A stretch of DNA of 64,000 nt from an uncultured Actinomycetes bacterium (GTDB lineage Bacteria > Actinomycetota > Acidimicrobiia > Spongiisociales > DATADW01). Each line of letters starts with the position of its first letter. The first letter of the stretch is position 1. The translations under genes were made by a program, and so were the position numbers. Positions 40,931 to 49,728 of this stretch are shown piece after piece. The notes beneath the pieces are model-generated. The model ran no database searches, was not told the DNA's origin, and saw only the letters and a program-made list of their open reading frames with translations. The DNA is taken from NCBI GenBank assembly GCA_963824995.1, contig CAWGRK010000006.1, positions 380,273-444,272 of the forward strand, given 5' to 3'.

Positions 40931-42693
40931 TGGTTGCCGCAACCAGGCTCCCAGCCGGGGTTCTCGTTCCCCGGGGGAGGGGCGCCACCACCACCGCCAC
41001 CGCCGCCGCCGCCACCGCCGCCACCACCACCACCACCGTTGCCATCGTCGGAGCCCAGCGTCTTCCAACCGTCCCAGAAGGCACCGATCTCCTCGACGCC
41101 TCCGGCGGAGGTGATCTGGTAGGCGCTGCCATCGGTCCGCTGCACCCGGATCAGCGAGTCGGGGTGAAAGCTCATGATGTCGAAGTCCGACGGCTCGACC
41201 CCGCTCTCCACGAAGTCGTACCAGCCGCGTTCCAAGCCAACATCGTCAACCTCGATCGCCCCGTCGAAGGAGCACTGGTAGTAGAGGGTGGCCAACGAGC
41301 ACGGCAGCGAGTGGGTCGTGAGGGTGATCGCCGGGCTTCCGGCGAACACGAACTTCTCGAATGAGAGTCGCTCGTCGGTGAGCCGGTTCTCCGGCACGGT
41401 GCACTGGGCGTGCTGGGTGAGCCCGTCGGTCGCGTTGTCGACCGACTTCGAGTTGCGGTAGTGGTACCCCCTGGTGTTGTAGGCCCCGTGGTCGATTCCC
41501 GACTGCCCGTTGTGGAAGGCGAGGTAATTGTCCACGAAGTGGGGTGTGGTGGCCGTGTTCTGCCAGACGAATATGCCGTTGGTCTCGTTGTTGTGGGCTC
41601 GGCAGTTCTCGAACACCCACACGTTTGGCACACCGCTGACCTGGCTTGGCCAGTGGAATCCCGACGAGTTGGCCCCGAACCTGACCGCCGAGGCGACAGA
41701 GTTGCGGATCACGTTGCCGCTGCCCCCGCCGAGGAGGAACCCGGATAGCTCCCGAGGGGTGGTGGCGAGCCCGTCTTCGGTCCGCACCTCCACCGCCAGA
41801 CAGCGGTCGATCACGATGTCGTTGGTGTCGTTCACCTCGTCCTGGGCGTCGTCCTCGGGCGGGAGGTCCCACCAGTAGGCGTCGCCGACGATGTCATAGG
41901 CGATACATGACTTGAGCTTCACCCCATGGGAGGCGTGGATGGCGAACCCGTGGTGGTTTGAATCCCTCACCACGACGCCCTGGAGAATGCTTCCCCGCGA
42001 TCCGCCCCCGCAGAGGTGGAAGTGGATGGGGTACTTCCCGACCTCGGTCGTGATCCCCGCATACCGCACCAGGGCGTACTTGATCTTCTGGGGCGAGGAG
42101 GACATCACGTGTATCTGTTCCATCGGATTCGATGCCGTCCCGCGGATGATCACGTTCCGGGTGAGGTTGAACACCTCCGCCTTGAATGTGCCGTGGGAAG
42201 TGTTGGCGGAGGGGACGGCTCCCCCCTTGGTGAAGTTGTGCACCGTGTAGTCGCCCTTGGCGATCGGAGTCCTCTTGAGGTCGTCGCTCGATACCCAGGT
42301 GTCGCTCTTCCCCGTCCGGTTCCAGGGGGTGCGCGTCGTGCCCTTGAGGTCGAGCTTCCCGGCGCCGAGCACCCAGAGGGTGCCGCCGTTTGTGAACCTG
42401 ATCTCGTGCTTTATCCCCCGGCCCGACGGCTTCATCCGCAGCGTGCCGCGGACCGTGAGGTCACCGCTGAACCTGAGCGTGGTGTCCTTGTCGGGGTCGA
42501 AGGTGAGCGTCTTCCCGGCCGGGACCACCATGTCGTCGCTGTACGTGTGGGTGCCCGATTTCTTGCCCGAGATGTTGGTGGCGGCTCTCGCCGGGCCGGC
42601 CATGGTCCCGATGGCGACGGCCGCGGTGCCCGCGACTGCGGTTGCCCCGAGCGCTTTGATGAAGGTGCGGCGGTCGGTCCCTACTTCGCTCAC
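40927..42693 (-). CDS. Tat-exported G8/parallel beta-helix protein with poly-Gly tail
   Basis: DRRTFIKALG Tat motif; AEVFNLTRNVII, GKYPIHFH, HGFAIHASHG; GTG at 42693 overlaps the upstream stop. Confidence 0.75.
   Translation of the reverse strand: MSEVGTDRRTFIKALGATAVAGTAAVAIGTMAGPARAATNISGKKSGTHTYSDDMVVPAGKTLTFDPDKDTTLRFSGDLTVRGTLRMKPSGRGIKHEIRFTNGGTLWVLGAGKLDLKGTTRTPWNRTGKSDTWVSSDDLKRTPIAKGDYTVHNFTKGGAVPSANTSHGTFKAEVFNLTRNVIIRGTASNPMEQIHVMSSSPQKIKYALVRYAGITTEVGKYPIHFHLCGGGSRGSILQGVVVRDSNHHGFAIHASHGVKLKSCIAYDIVGDAYWWDLPPEDDAQDEVNDTNDIVIDRCLAVEVRTEDGLATTPRELSGFLLGGGSGNVIRNSVASAVRFGANSSGFHWPSQVSGVPNVWVFENCRAHNNETNGIFVWQNTATTPHFVDNYLAFHNGQSGIDHGAYNTRGYHYRNSKSVDNATDGLTQHAQCTVPENRLTDERLSFEKFVFAGSPAITLTTHSLPCSLATLYYQCSFDGAIEVDDVGLERGWYDFVESGVEPSDFDIMSFHPDSLIRVQRTDGSAYQITSAGGVEEIGAFWDGWKTLGSDDGNGGGGGGGGGGGGGGGGGGAPPPGNENPGWEPGCGNQ
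40981..41040. repeat. (CCR)n triplet run encoding a poly-Gly linker
   Basis: ccaccaccaccgccaccgccgccg... read directly. Confidence 0.8.
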
Positions 42694-43328
42694 GTGCAGT
42701 CGAGCCATTCGAGCGCCCTGACCAGGAACGAGGCCATCTGTCCCCTGGTCACCGGCTCATTTGGGCAGAAGCTGGTACCGCCGCACCCCTGGGTGATCCC
42801 CGCTTCGGCGAGCGCGTTGATGTCCGCCTGGAACGTGCTGGTGCCGTCATCGCTGAAACGGTCGGGGCCGGGGGGGAGGTCCAGAGTCCGGGCGAGAAAT
42901 GCCGCCATCTGCCCCCGCGTCACCGAACTGTCGGGGCAGTAGGACGAGCCGCTTCCGCAGCCGTTGGTGATCCCCACCGATGCGATCGAGTTGATCGCCT
43001 CCTCGTGCGTGTTTCCCGAGTCGTCCCCGAAGTAGTCGAACTCGGCGTCTGGGGTCACGAACGACCTGGCGAGGAACGAGGCCATTTGCGCCCTGGTCAC
43101 CGGGTCCTCTGGACAGAACAGCGTTCCGGCGTCGTTGCACCCCTTGGTGATGCCCCACTGGGCAAGGGCGACGATGGAGTCGGCGTGCACCGATCCTGTG
43201 ATATCGACGAATGGCTGAGGTTGCTGGGCGAGGGCCGGTGCCGGTGCCATCGTCATGAGCGCAGACAGCGTCAACCAGAGCACCCAACGACGCGGCTGGC
43301 TGGCTGGGCCCCTTCCGGATGTGGTCAC
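42690..43328 (-). CDS. Secreted S-layer-homology-like repeat protein (3 repeats only)
   Basis: Signal peptide ..APALA; 3x GIT.GC....CP...VTR.QMA.FL.R. Confidence 0.85.
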   Translation of the reverse strand: MTTSGRGPASQPRRWVLWLTLSALMTMAPAPALAQQPQPFVDITGSVHADSIVALAQWGITKGCNDAGTLFCPEDPVTRAQMASFLARSFVTPDAEFDYFGDDSGNTHEEAINSIASVGITNGCGSGSSYCPDSSVTRGQMAAFLARTLDLPPGPDRFSDDGTSTFQADINALAEAGITQGCGGTSFCPNEPVTRGQMASFLVRALEWLDCT

Positions 43329-43417
43329 CGCTGACCCCCGATCCGCCGGCGCCTACTACCCCGCCGACAAGGGCGCGAGTCAAACAAGCTCAGGACGGGA
43401 GGTCAAATGGTGCGTAT

Positions 43418-43525
43418 ATGGGTAGTGGGTACTGAGTCGGACGACGGAAAGACGGAAGGCGGAAGGACGGACACCGGCGTCGCGCTGTCATCTCCGAGGG
43501 GCTCAGTACTCAGTACTCAGTACCA
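43418..43525. repeat. Intergenic element of heptamer repeats forming an inverted repeat
   Basis: TGGGTAGTGGGTACTGAG on the left, (CTCAGTA)x3 at 43502-43522, degenerate GACGGA units inside. Confidence 0.7.
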
Positions 43526-43530
43526 CGATG

Positions 43531-44757
43531 TCATACCGAGACCACTTCGGGGTCGAGACCCATCACCCGAAGCTGCTCGGTGATCTCCGCTCGGTAGATC
43601 TCGTTCATCACCACCACCAGGTCGGGCTTGATCTCGATGAGGGCCTCGGGGGCCAGCACCTCGTGGCCGGTGCCGGGGAGGAACATCCCCTGCTTGTAGG
43701 GGTTGATGTCCACCACCGCTGCCACCTCGTCGCCGAGGCCGATGGTGGTGAGGAAGGCCACCGCCTTGGAGCCGCCGCCCCATAACGCCACGCGCTTGCC
43801 GCCCCCGGCCAAGCCCGCAATCCGCTGTCGCCATCCCTCAACATGCCGGGCGGCGCCGGTGGCGAACTCGAGGACCATTTCGCCCACCTCGTCGGGAGGC
43901 TCTTCGATGGGAAGCGGATCGGCCGATCCGACGACGACGGCGTGGGCCAGCAGGTACTGGTCGCCGAACCCAAAGCCTATGTCGGTGACGGTGAAACCCG
44001 CCTCTCGGAGGGCGCGCCCCAGCGAGCCCGGGGTGTAGTACGAGCAGTGCTCGTAGTAGACGTCCCAGAAAGCCAACTCGCGCAGGACCCGGCCGGTGTC
44101 GGGGACCTCGGTGAATATCGCCGCGCCGTCGGTGCCCTCGACCGACCGCCGCAGCAGCCGGAAGAAGTCGCCCACCGGGGCGATGTGCTCCATGGTGTGG
44201 CGGGTGATCACCAGGTCGCCGGTCAGCGCGGTGTGCTCCTCGCCGTAGAAGGCGCGGATGAGCTCTACCGAGCCGTGGCCGGCTCCGCCCACGGGCGGCC
44301 TCCCGAAGCCAGGGTCTATCCCGATACCCCGGCCAATGCCCATCTCGGCCATGAGCATCAGGAAGTCGCCCTTGCCGCTCCCCACCTCGAGCACCTTCCC
44401 CCCCTTCAATCCGTACCGCTCCACCAGGTCGCCGGCGAGTTGACGGGCGAATCCGGTGAACAGCGGCGAGAAGGCCTGCGACTCCTCTGTCGGCTGTCCG
44501 TAATCGACCTTCGCCGGGTCGAAGCAGATGTTGGTGATGAACCCGCATCGGGGGCACAGCGCCAGCACCAGGTCACCTGTGGGATAGGCGGTTGCCGTTG
44601 GCCCGTCGGGCAACAGCACACAACTCTGCGTCGGGATCTCCCGAGCGGCGAAGAACGCCAGCAGGCCGAGGGCACCGCAACTCGGGCAGGAGGCGGAGGC
44701 GCCGAGGTCGATCAAGTCATTGCCCACCAGGGGGCGCAGGTCGGCTGGACCGATCAC
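43531..44757 (-). CDS. Sugar C-methyltransferase-like SAM methyltransferase (zinc-binding N-terminus)
   Basis: CPSC..CPRC, LEVGSGKG, HTMEH, YYEHCSY, WGGGSK, VDINPYKQG. Confidence 0.85.
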   Translation of the reverse strand: MIGPADLRPLVGNDLIDLGASASCPSCGALGLLAFFAAREIPTQSCVLLPDGPTATAYPTGDLVLALCPRCGFITNICFDPAKVDYGQPTEESQAFSPLFTGFARQLAGDLVERYGLKGGKVLEVGSGKGDFLMLMAEMGIGRGIGIDPGFGRPPVGGAGHGSVELIRAFYGEEHTALTGDLVITRHTMEHIAPVGDFFRLLRRSVEGTDGAAIFTEVPDTGRVLRELAFWDVYYEHCSYYTPGSLGRALREAGFTVTDIGFGFGDQYLLAHAVVVGSADPLPIEEPPDEVGEMVLEFATGAARHVEGWRQRIAGLAGGGKRVALWGGGSKAVAFLTTIGLGDEVAAVVDINPYKQGMFLPGTGHEVLAPEALIEIKPDLVVVMNEIYRAEITEQLRVMGLDPEVVSV

Positions 44758-46004
44758 AGGACGGTGGGTTGCGGCACCGGGACGATGAAGCGCCCGCCCC
44801 GCGCCGCATACTCCGCCTGCTGGCGCATGATCTCGTCCCCGAAGTTCCACGCCAGTATCAGCAGATAGTCGGGCTGATCGTCGAGGAGCCGTTCGGGCGG
44901 GAAGATGGGGAGCCGAACGCCGGGCATCGCCAGGCCGTGCTTGTGGACGTTCCTGTCGACCACGTAGTCGAGATACTTCGCCGCCCCGGTGTAGTTGAGG
45001 AGGGTGGCGCCTTTGGCCGCAGCGCCGTATGCGGCGATCCTCGCCCCTTTCGAGGTCAGCCCGGAGAGCAGGCCGATCAGACCCTTCCTCACATCCTCGA
45101 CCTGATCGGAGAAGGCGGCGTAGTACTCCGCCCCTGTGAGCCCGATCCTCTGCTCCTCCTCGAGGTACTCCTTCACCGACGGCTCGGCTTCGGCCGAAGC
45201 CGAGAAGGTGACCCGCAGCGACCCGCCGTGGATCGGGAGGTGTCTCACCCTGATCAGGTCGAGCCCGTGCCTGGCGAACAGAGTGGCGAGCGCGGTGACC
45301 GAGAAAATGCAGTGATGCTCGTGGTAGATCGTGTCGAACTCGCAGTTGTCCACCATGTCGCGCACATAGGGGACCTCGATCTCGACCCGCCCCTCTGGTG
45401 AGAGGATCGTCGCAATGCCGGCGACGAACCGGTTCTGATCGGGGACATGGGCGAGGACGTTGTTGCCCAGGACCACATCCGCCCTCACACCGTCCGCAAA
45501 AAGCCGATGTGCCAACTCGGGCGTGAAGAAGTCCCGGATGGTGGGAATCCCCCTCTCCTCGGCAATAGCGGCCGGTCCGGGAGCCGGGTCGATCCCGAGA
45601 ACGGGCACCCCCGCCTTCTGGAACCACTGGAGCAGATAGCCGTCGTTACTCGCCAGTTCCACCACCAGGTTGTCCCCGCCAAGGCCAAGTTCCTCGACCA
45701 ATCCCTCGGCGTGGGTGCGGGAGTGCTCGAGGAGTTCGTCGGAGAAAGAGGAGAAGTAGGGGTAGTCCTCGTCGAAGAGCACGGTCGGCGGAACGGTCTC
45801 CTTGATCTGGACGAGCGAGCACTGCGGACAGAACACCACCGTGAGCGGGTAACGGTGCTCGTCTTCGGCGGGGAGGTCCGGGGACACCAATTCGTCGGCG
45901 AGGGGGACAATCCCCAGATCGAGCACGGGCACCAGATCGGCCGCCCCGCAGATGCGGCAGCCGCCAATTACGTCATACACAGGCCCGTCATGCACGGGTA
46001 CCAC
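44754..46004 (-). CDS. NDP-hexose C-methyltransferase
   Basis: CRICG..CPQC, ELASNDG, NVLAH, FDTIYHEH, HGGSLR, YGAAAKGATLLN, LAWNF. Confidence 0.9.
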   Translation of the reverse strand: MVPVHDGPVYDVIGGCRICGAADLVPVLDLGIVPLADELVSPDLPAEDEHRYPLTVVFCPQCSLVQIKETVPPTVLFDEDYPYFSSFSDELLEHSRTHAEGLVEELGLGGDNLVVELASNDGYLLQWFQKAGVPVLGIDPAPGPAAIAEERGIPTIRDFFTPELAHRLFADGVRADVVLGNNVLAHVPDQNRFVAGIATILSPEGRVEIEVPYVRDMVDNCEFDTIYHEHHCIFSVTALATLFARHGLDLIRVRHLPIHGGSLRVTFSASAEAEPSVKEYLEEEQRIGLTGAEYYAAFSDQVEDVRKGLIGLLSGLTSKGARIAAYGAAAKGATLLNYTGAAKYLDYVVDRNVHKHGLAMPGVRLPIFPPERLLDDQPDYLLILAWNFGDEIMRQQAEYAARGGRFIVPVPQPTVL

Positions 46005-47031
46005 CGGCGGGGCTCAGCATTCGGAGGTCGTCACCGAGCACGCCCGACGCCTGCAGCGAACGTACGTGCTGGATGCGGAGGAGCTTCCCCAGGAAGGCGT
46101 CGCTCCCTATGCCGTAGTTCACGAAGGCCTCGTATAGCTGCTCCGCGCCGCGCCTCACCGTCCACTTCGTGGCGAAGGCGGGAAGCACCCGGGCGATCTT
46201 CGAGCAGTCGACCCGATAGTCTCTGATGTCAGGCCCGGCGGCGTCGGAGAGGACGATGTCACTCCCCGGCACAACGTCCTGGACGATGCCTGCCACATCT
46301 CGGATCTGGTAGTTCTCTTCCGAATTCCCCACGTTGAGCACCTCGTCATGGACTCGGTCCCGGGGCGCTTCGACGGCGGCGACAAAAGCCCGGGCGATGT
46401 CCTCGATGTGCACCAACGGTCGCCACGGGCTGCCATCGCTCTTCATCAGAACCCTGCCCTCGGTCACGGCGAAGCCGACGAGATTGTTGACCACCAGGTC
46501 GGCCCTGACCCGCGGGGAGTAGCCATAGGCGGTAGCGCTCCGCAGGCAGGTCGGGCTGAACGAAGACGAGGCAAGCGATCGGATGTCCGCCTCGGCGTAG
46601 ATCTTGGAGTACCCGTATGGCGTCACCGGGTTGATCTCCGACTCCTCGGTGACGAACGCCCCCGGCGATGCCCCATAGATGCTGCATGACGAAGAGAAGA
46701 CGAATCGCTCCACGCCCGCACCGGCGGCTATCTCCGCCAAGCGCGCTGCGGCGTGGTGGTTGATGGCATACGTGGTGTCGGCGTCGAGATCGCCTACCGG
46801 GTCGTTGGAGATCCCGGCAAGGTGACAGATCGCCTCCACTCCCGTGATGTCCTCTTGCTCCACGTCGCGCAGGTCCTTGCGGACCGCGGGAATGTCGGGC
46901 CAATCGGGGCCGAGCGTGCAGTCGGCGAACAGATAGCTGTCGAACCCGACGACATCGTGGCCGGCCTGCTGGAGAAGGCGGACCAACACCGTGCCGATGT
47001 AGCCGTTGTGGCCGGTGACCATCACACGCAT
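45988..47031 (-). CDS. NAD-dependent sugar epimerase/dehydratase
   Basis: TGHNGYIG, SSSCSIYG, YGYSK. Confidence 0.9.
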   Translation of the reverse strand: MRVMVTGHNGYIGTVLVRLLQQAGHDVVGFDSYLFADCTLGPDWPDIPAVRKDLRDVEQEDITGVEAICHLAGISNDPVGDLDADTTYAINHHAAARLAEIAAGAGVERFVFSSSCSIYGASPGAFVTEESEINPVTPYGYSKIYAEADIRSLASSSFSPTCLRSATAYGYSPRVRADLVVNNLVGFAVTEGRVLMKSDGSPWRPLVHIEDIARAFVAAVEAPRDRVHDEVLNVGNSEENYQIRDVAGIVQDVVPGSDIVLSDAAGPDIRDYRVDCSKIARVLPAFATKWTVRRGAEQLYEAFVNYGIGSDAFLGKLLRIQHVRSLQASGVLGDDLRMLSPAGGTRA

Positions 47032-47036
47032 TTCGG

Positions 47037-47807
47037 CTAGTCCCAGATCTTCCAGGGCGGGTCGCCACCGTCCCATAGCCGCTGCAAGAGCGCCTTGTCC
47101 CGCATGGTGTCCATGCACTGCCAGAAGCCCTCGTGGCAGTAGGCCATCAACTCACCGTCGGCGGCCAGGTTCTCCATGGGCTCGCGCTCCCAAAGCGTGT
47201 CGTCGCCTTCGATGTAGTCGAAAACACCGGGCTCGAGGACGAAGAAGGCCCCGCTGATCCATCCCACGTCGAGCGGCTTCTCCGAGAAGTCGACTACCCG
47301 GTCGCCCTCGACGTGAAGATTTCCAAAACGAGAGGGCGGGTGGACCGCGGTCACCGTGGCGAGCCTGCCGTGCGAGCGGTGAAAAGCGAGGAGTCGGGAC
47401 AGGTCGATGTCGGACACACCGTCCCCCCAGGTGAGCATGAAGGTCTCATTGCCCAGCCAGGGTGCCAGCCTCTTTATCCGTCCGCCGGTGTTGGTCCATC
47501 TTCCGGTCTCGATGAGATCGACCACCCACTTCTCGGCCGACCCGCCGTCGTGAACGCTCACATCACCCGTGGAGACATCGACGCGCAGGCTGGAGGTGGT
47601 GGTCACGTAGTCGGTGAAGAACTGCTTGATCTGATCACCCTTGTAGCCGAGCGCGATGACGAAATGGTTGTACCCGAAGTGGTCGTATTGGCGCATGATG
47701 TGCCAGAGCATGGGATGCCCACCGATCTCAACCATCGGTTTGGGTCTGATTTCTGTCTCTTCGGCCAGACGGCTCCCCAAGCCGCCAGCCAGGATCGCCA
47801 CCTTCAT
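47037..47807 (-). CDS. rfbF: Glucose-1-phosphate cytidylyltransferase
   Basis: ILAGGLGSRLAEET..PKPMV, TGGRIKR, GFWQCMDTMRD. Confidence 0.93.
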   Translation of the reverse strand: MKVAILAGGLGSRLAEETEIRPKPMVEIGGHPMLWHIMRQYDHFGYNHFVIALGYKGDQIKQFFTDYVTTTSSLRVDVSTGDVSVHDGGSAEKWVVDLIETGRWTNTGGRIKRLAPWLGNETFMLTWGDGVSDIDLSRLLAFHRSHGRLATVTAVHPPSRFGNLHVEGDRVVDFSEKPLDVGWISGAFFVLEPGVFDYIEGDDTLWEREPMENLAADGELMAYCHEGFWQCMDTMRDKALLQRLWDGGDPPWKIWD

Positions 47808-47849
47808 GACGAAGTCACCTCAAAATCCCCCTTGTCACTCAGCGTGGTT

Positions 47850-47858
47850 ATTCTACCA
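47850..47858 (-). promoter_or_regulatory. Extended -10 promoter TGGTAGAAT for the rfbF operon
   Basis: TGn-TAGAAT on the minus strand 42 nt before rfbF. Confidence 0.6.
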
Positions 47859-47879
47859 CTAGACGCGAATCGCCGATCT
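47852..47879 (+). promoter_or_regulatory. Possible sigma28-type promoter TCTA-N16-GCCGATCT for sulfotransferase-GT2
   Basis: Intergenic and correct strand, but weaker match than the other three. Confidence 0.4.
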
Positions 47880-47909
47880 AGGTGGGCCCCGCCTACCCTC
47901 CCCGCACCG

Positions 47910-48734
47910 ATGCCCGTTCAACAGAGACCATCGAAGATGCAGAAGCGGCTCACAGTCCTCAAACGCAAGGCACATCTAGGTGTCAAGCACCGCTCACCAT
48001 TCGACAACATCTATCACTGCTGTGTCCAGCGGACCGCCAGTCAATGGCTCCGCAACATCTACAACGACGAGGTGTTCTACCGGAACACGGGCCTGCGGGC
48101 GATCCCATACAAGGAGATCGGCCTGGCCGCGGCGAAAATTGACGAGGCTTTCCCAGAGCGGACGATCGTCACCCATTTGTACATCTCCCACCCCACTTAC
48201 CTCTCCATCCCGAAACCGCCATCGCACCGGAGCTTCTTCGTCCAGCGGGATCCGAGGGATGCGGTGGTTTCCTGGTACTACGCCGCCCGCTACTCGCACA
48301 AGCCCATGGGGAGCATTCCGGAGATGCGCAGTGACCTCCAGTCCTTGTCGCAGGAAGAGGGCCTTCACTACATGATCGACGCCATAGCCGGGCGCGGTTA
48401 CTTCGATGCGCTCCGCTCGTGGACCACGGTCGAACCATCGGATTCGTTCCGTTTCTTCCGCTATGAGGACATCGCCCTCGATCTCCGCGGTTTCCTCGGC
48501 GACCTGTTTGATTTCCTCAAGATTCCGGCGAAGCCGGCCGAGTTGGATGACCTGGCGGAGCGCAAGAGCTTCCAACAAGCGAGCGGCGGACGCGCCCAAG
48601 GGGAAGAGGACATACACGCCCACATGAGGAAAGGGACACCGGGCGACTGGCGGACGGCGCTCGATCAGAGCGCGCTCGACCACTTGCACCAGGTCTCGGG
48701 AGACCTGGTGCAGGCATTGGGGTACGAGACATGA
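47910..48734 (+). CDS. Sulfotransferase domain protein
   Basis: QRTASQW (5'-PSB-like), RDPRDAVVSWY, FRYED, RKGTPGDW. Confidence 0.88.
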   Translation: MPVQQRPSKMQKRLTVLKRKAHLGVKHRSPFDNIYHCCVQRTASQWLRNIYNDEVFYRNTGLRAIPYKEIGLAAAKIDEAFPERTIVTHLYISHPTYLSIPKPPSHRSFFVQRDPRDAVVSWYYAARYSHKPMGSIPEMRSDLQSLSQEEGLHYMIDAIAGRGYFDALRSWTTVEPSDSFRFFRYEDIALDLRGFLGDLFDFLKIPAKPAELDDLAERKSFQQASGGRAQGEEDIHAHMRKGTPGDWRTALDQSALDHLHQVSGDLVQALGYET

Positions 48735-48761
48735 CCGTCTGGCCGTCCATTTCGGAGGGGG

Positions 48762-49679
48762 ATGGGAATGACGGCGCTACCCAAAGTCTCGATCGGACTC
48801 CCGGTATACAACGGTGAGCGGCATATCGGTGAGTTGATCACCTCGGTCGCTTCACAGTCATTCGCAGATTTCGAACTGATCATCTCCGACAACGCCTCGA
48901 CCGACTCCACCGGCGAGATCTGCCGGGACTGGGCGTCGCGGGACGGGCGGATCCGCTATTTCCGCAACGCCTCGAACATCGGGGCCGCGCCCAACTACCA
49001 CCAGGTCTTCAGGATGGCGCGGGCTGACCTCTTCAAATGGTCGGCGCACGACGACATGCTCGGCCCCGGTTTCCTCGAATCGTGCGTCGCAGCCCTCGGC
49101 GACGACGACCGGGCGGTCCTCGCCTACACCGCAGCCCGCCAGGTGGACGGCGACGGCAACCGCATCGGTGACATCCCCCGCTTCTCGCAGGTGGTCTCCG
49201 CCGACCCCGTGGAGCGGTTCCGCGAGGTGGTGCGCCACGAGAGGCTCAATCTCCCGATTTTCGGTCTGATGAGATCGGCGGCGCTTCGGGAGACCGCATT
49301 GCCAGGCTCCTACCACGCCAGCGCCCGTGTCCAACTGGCGGAACTGGCGCTGCGCGGCACATTCGCCTTCGAGCCGGATATCCACTTCATCCATCGCAAC
49401 CATGCGGCCGGGTCGCTGCGCGCCTATGACTCGGTCCATGCCCTCCGCGGCTGGTATGACACGCGCCGCGCCGCGGGGACCTACATGCCGCGATGGGAGT
49501 ACATGAGCGGCCTCATGGGTGCTGCGACCCGTGCGCCCCTGTCATGGCGTCAGCGGTTCGAGTGCTACGGAGAGGCCTTCAGGTGGGCGTTCCAGAAACG
49601 GCGCAGCCTCGCCTTGGACCTGGCAGAGGCGGGCCGACAGCTGCTCGGGGGTGCCGTCCCCCGGCTGCGCCGCACCTGA
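48762..49679 (+). CDS. Glycosyltransferase family 2
   Basis: SIGLPVYNGE, ISDNASTD, FKWSAHDD. Confidence 0.92.
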   Translation: MGMTALPKVSIGLPVYNGERHIGELITSVASQSFADFELIISDNASTDSTGEICRDWASRDGRIRYFRNASNIGAAPNYHQVFRMARADLFKWSAHDDMLGPGFLESCVAALGDDDRAVLAYTAARQVDGDGNRIGDIPRFSQVVSADPVERFREVVRHERLNLPIFGLMRSAALRETALPGSYHASARVQLAELALRGTFAFEPDIHFIHRNHAAGSLRAYDSVHALRGWYDTRRAAGTYMPRWEYMSGLMGAATRAPLSWRQRFECYGEAFRWAFQKRRSLALDLAEAGRQLLGGAVPRLRRT

Positions 49680-49704
49680 GCCGGGTCCAGGGGGGACCCG
49701 GCTC
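49678..49704. terminator. Hairpin between convergent GT2 and LPFTG genes
   Basis: GAGCCGGGTCC-AGGGG-GGACCCGGCTC, 11-bp stem. Confidence 0.65.
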
Positions 49705-49728
49705 GTAATCGCTATCTCAGCCTGAGGG

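Noticed and set aside
40927..43328. Single SLH-G8 fusion split by a sequencing error
   Set aside because: The G8 ORF has its own Tat signal and a clean GTGA overlap, consistent with separate genes
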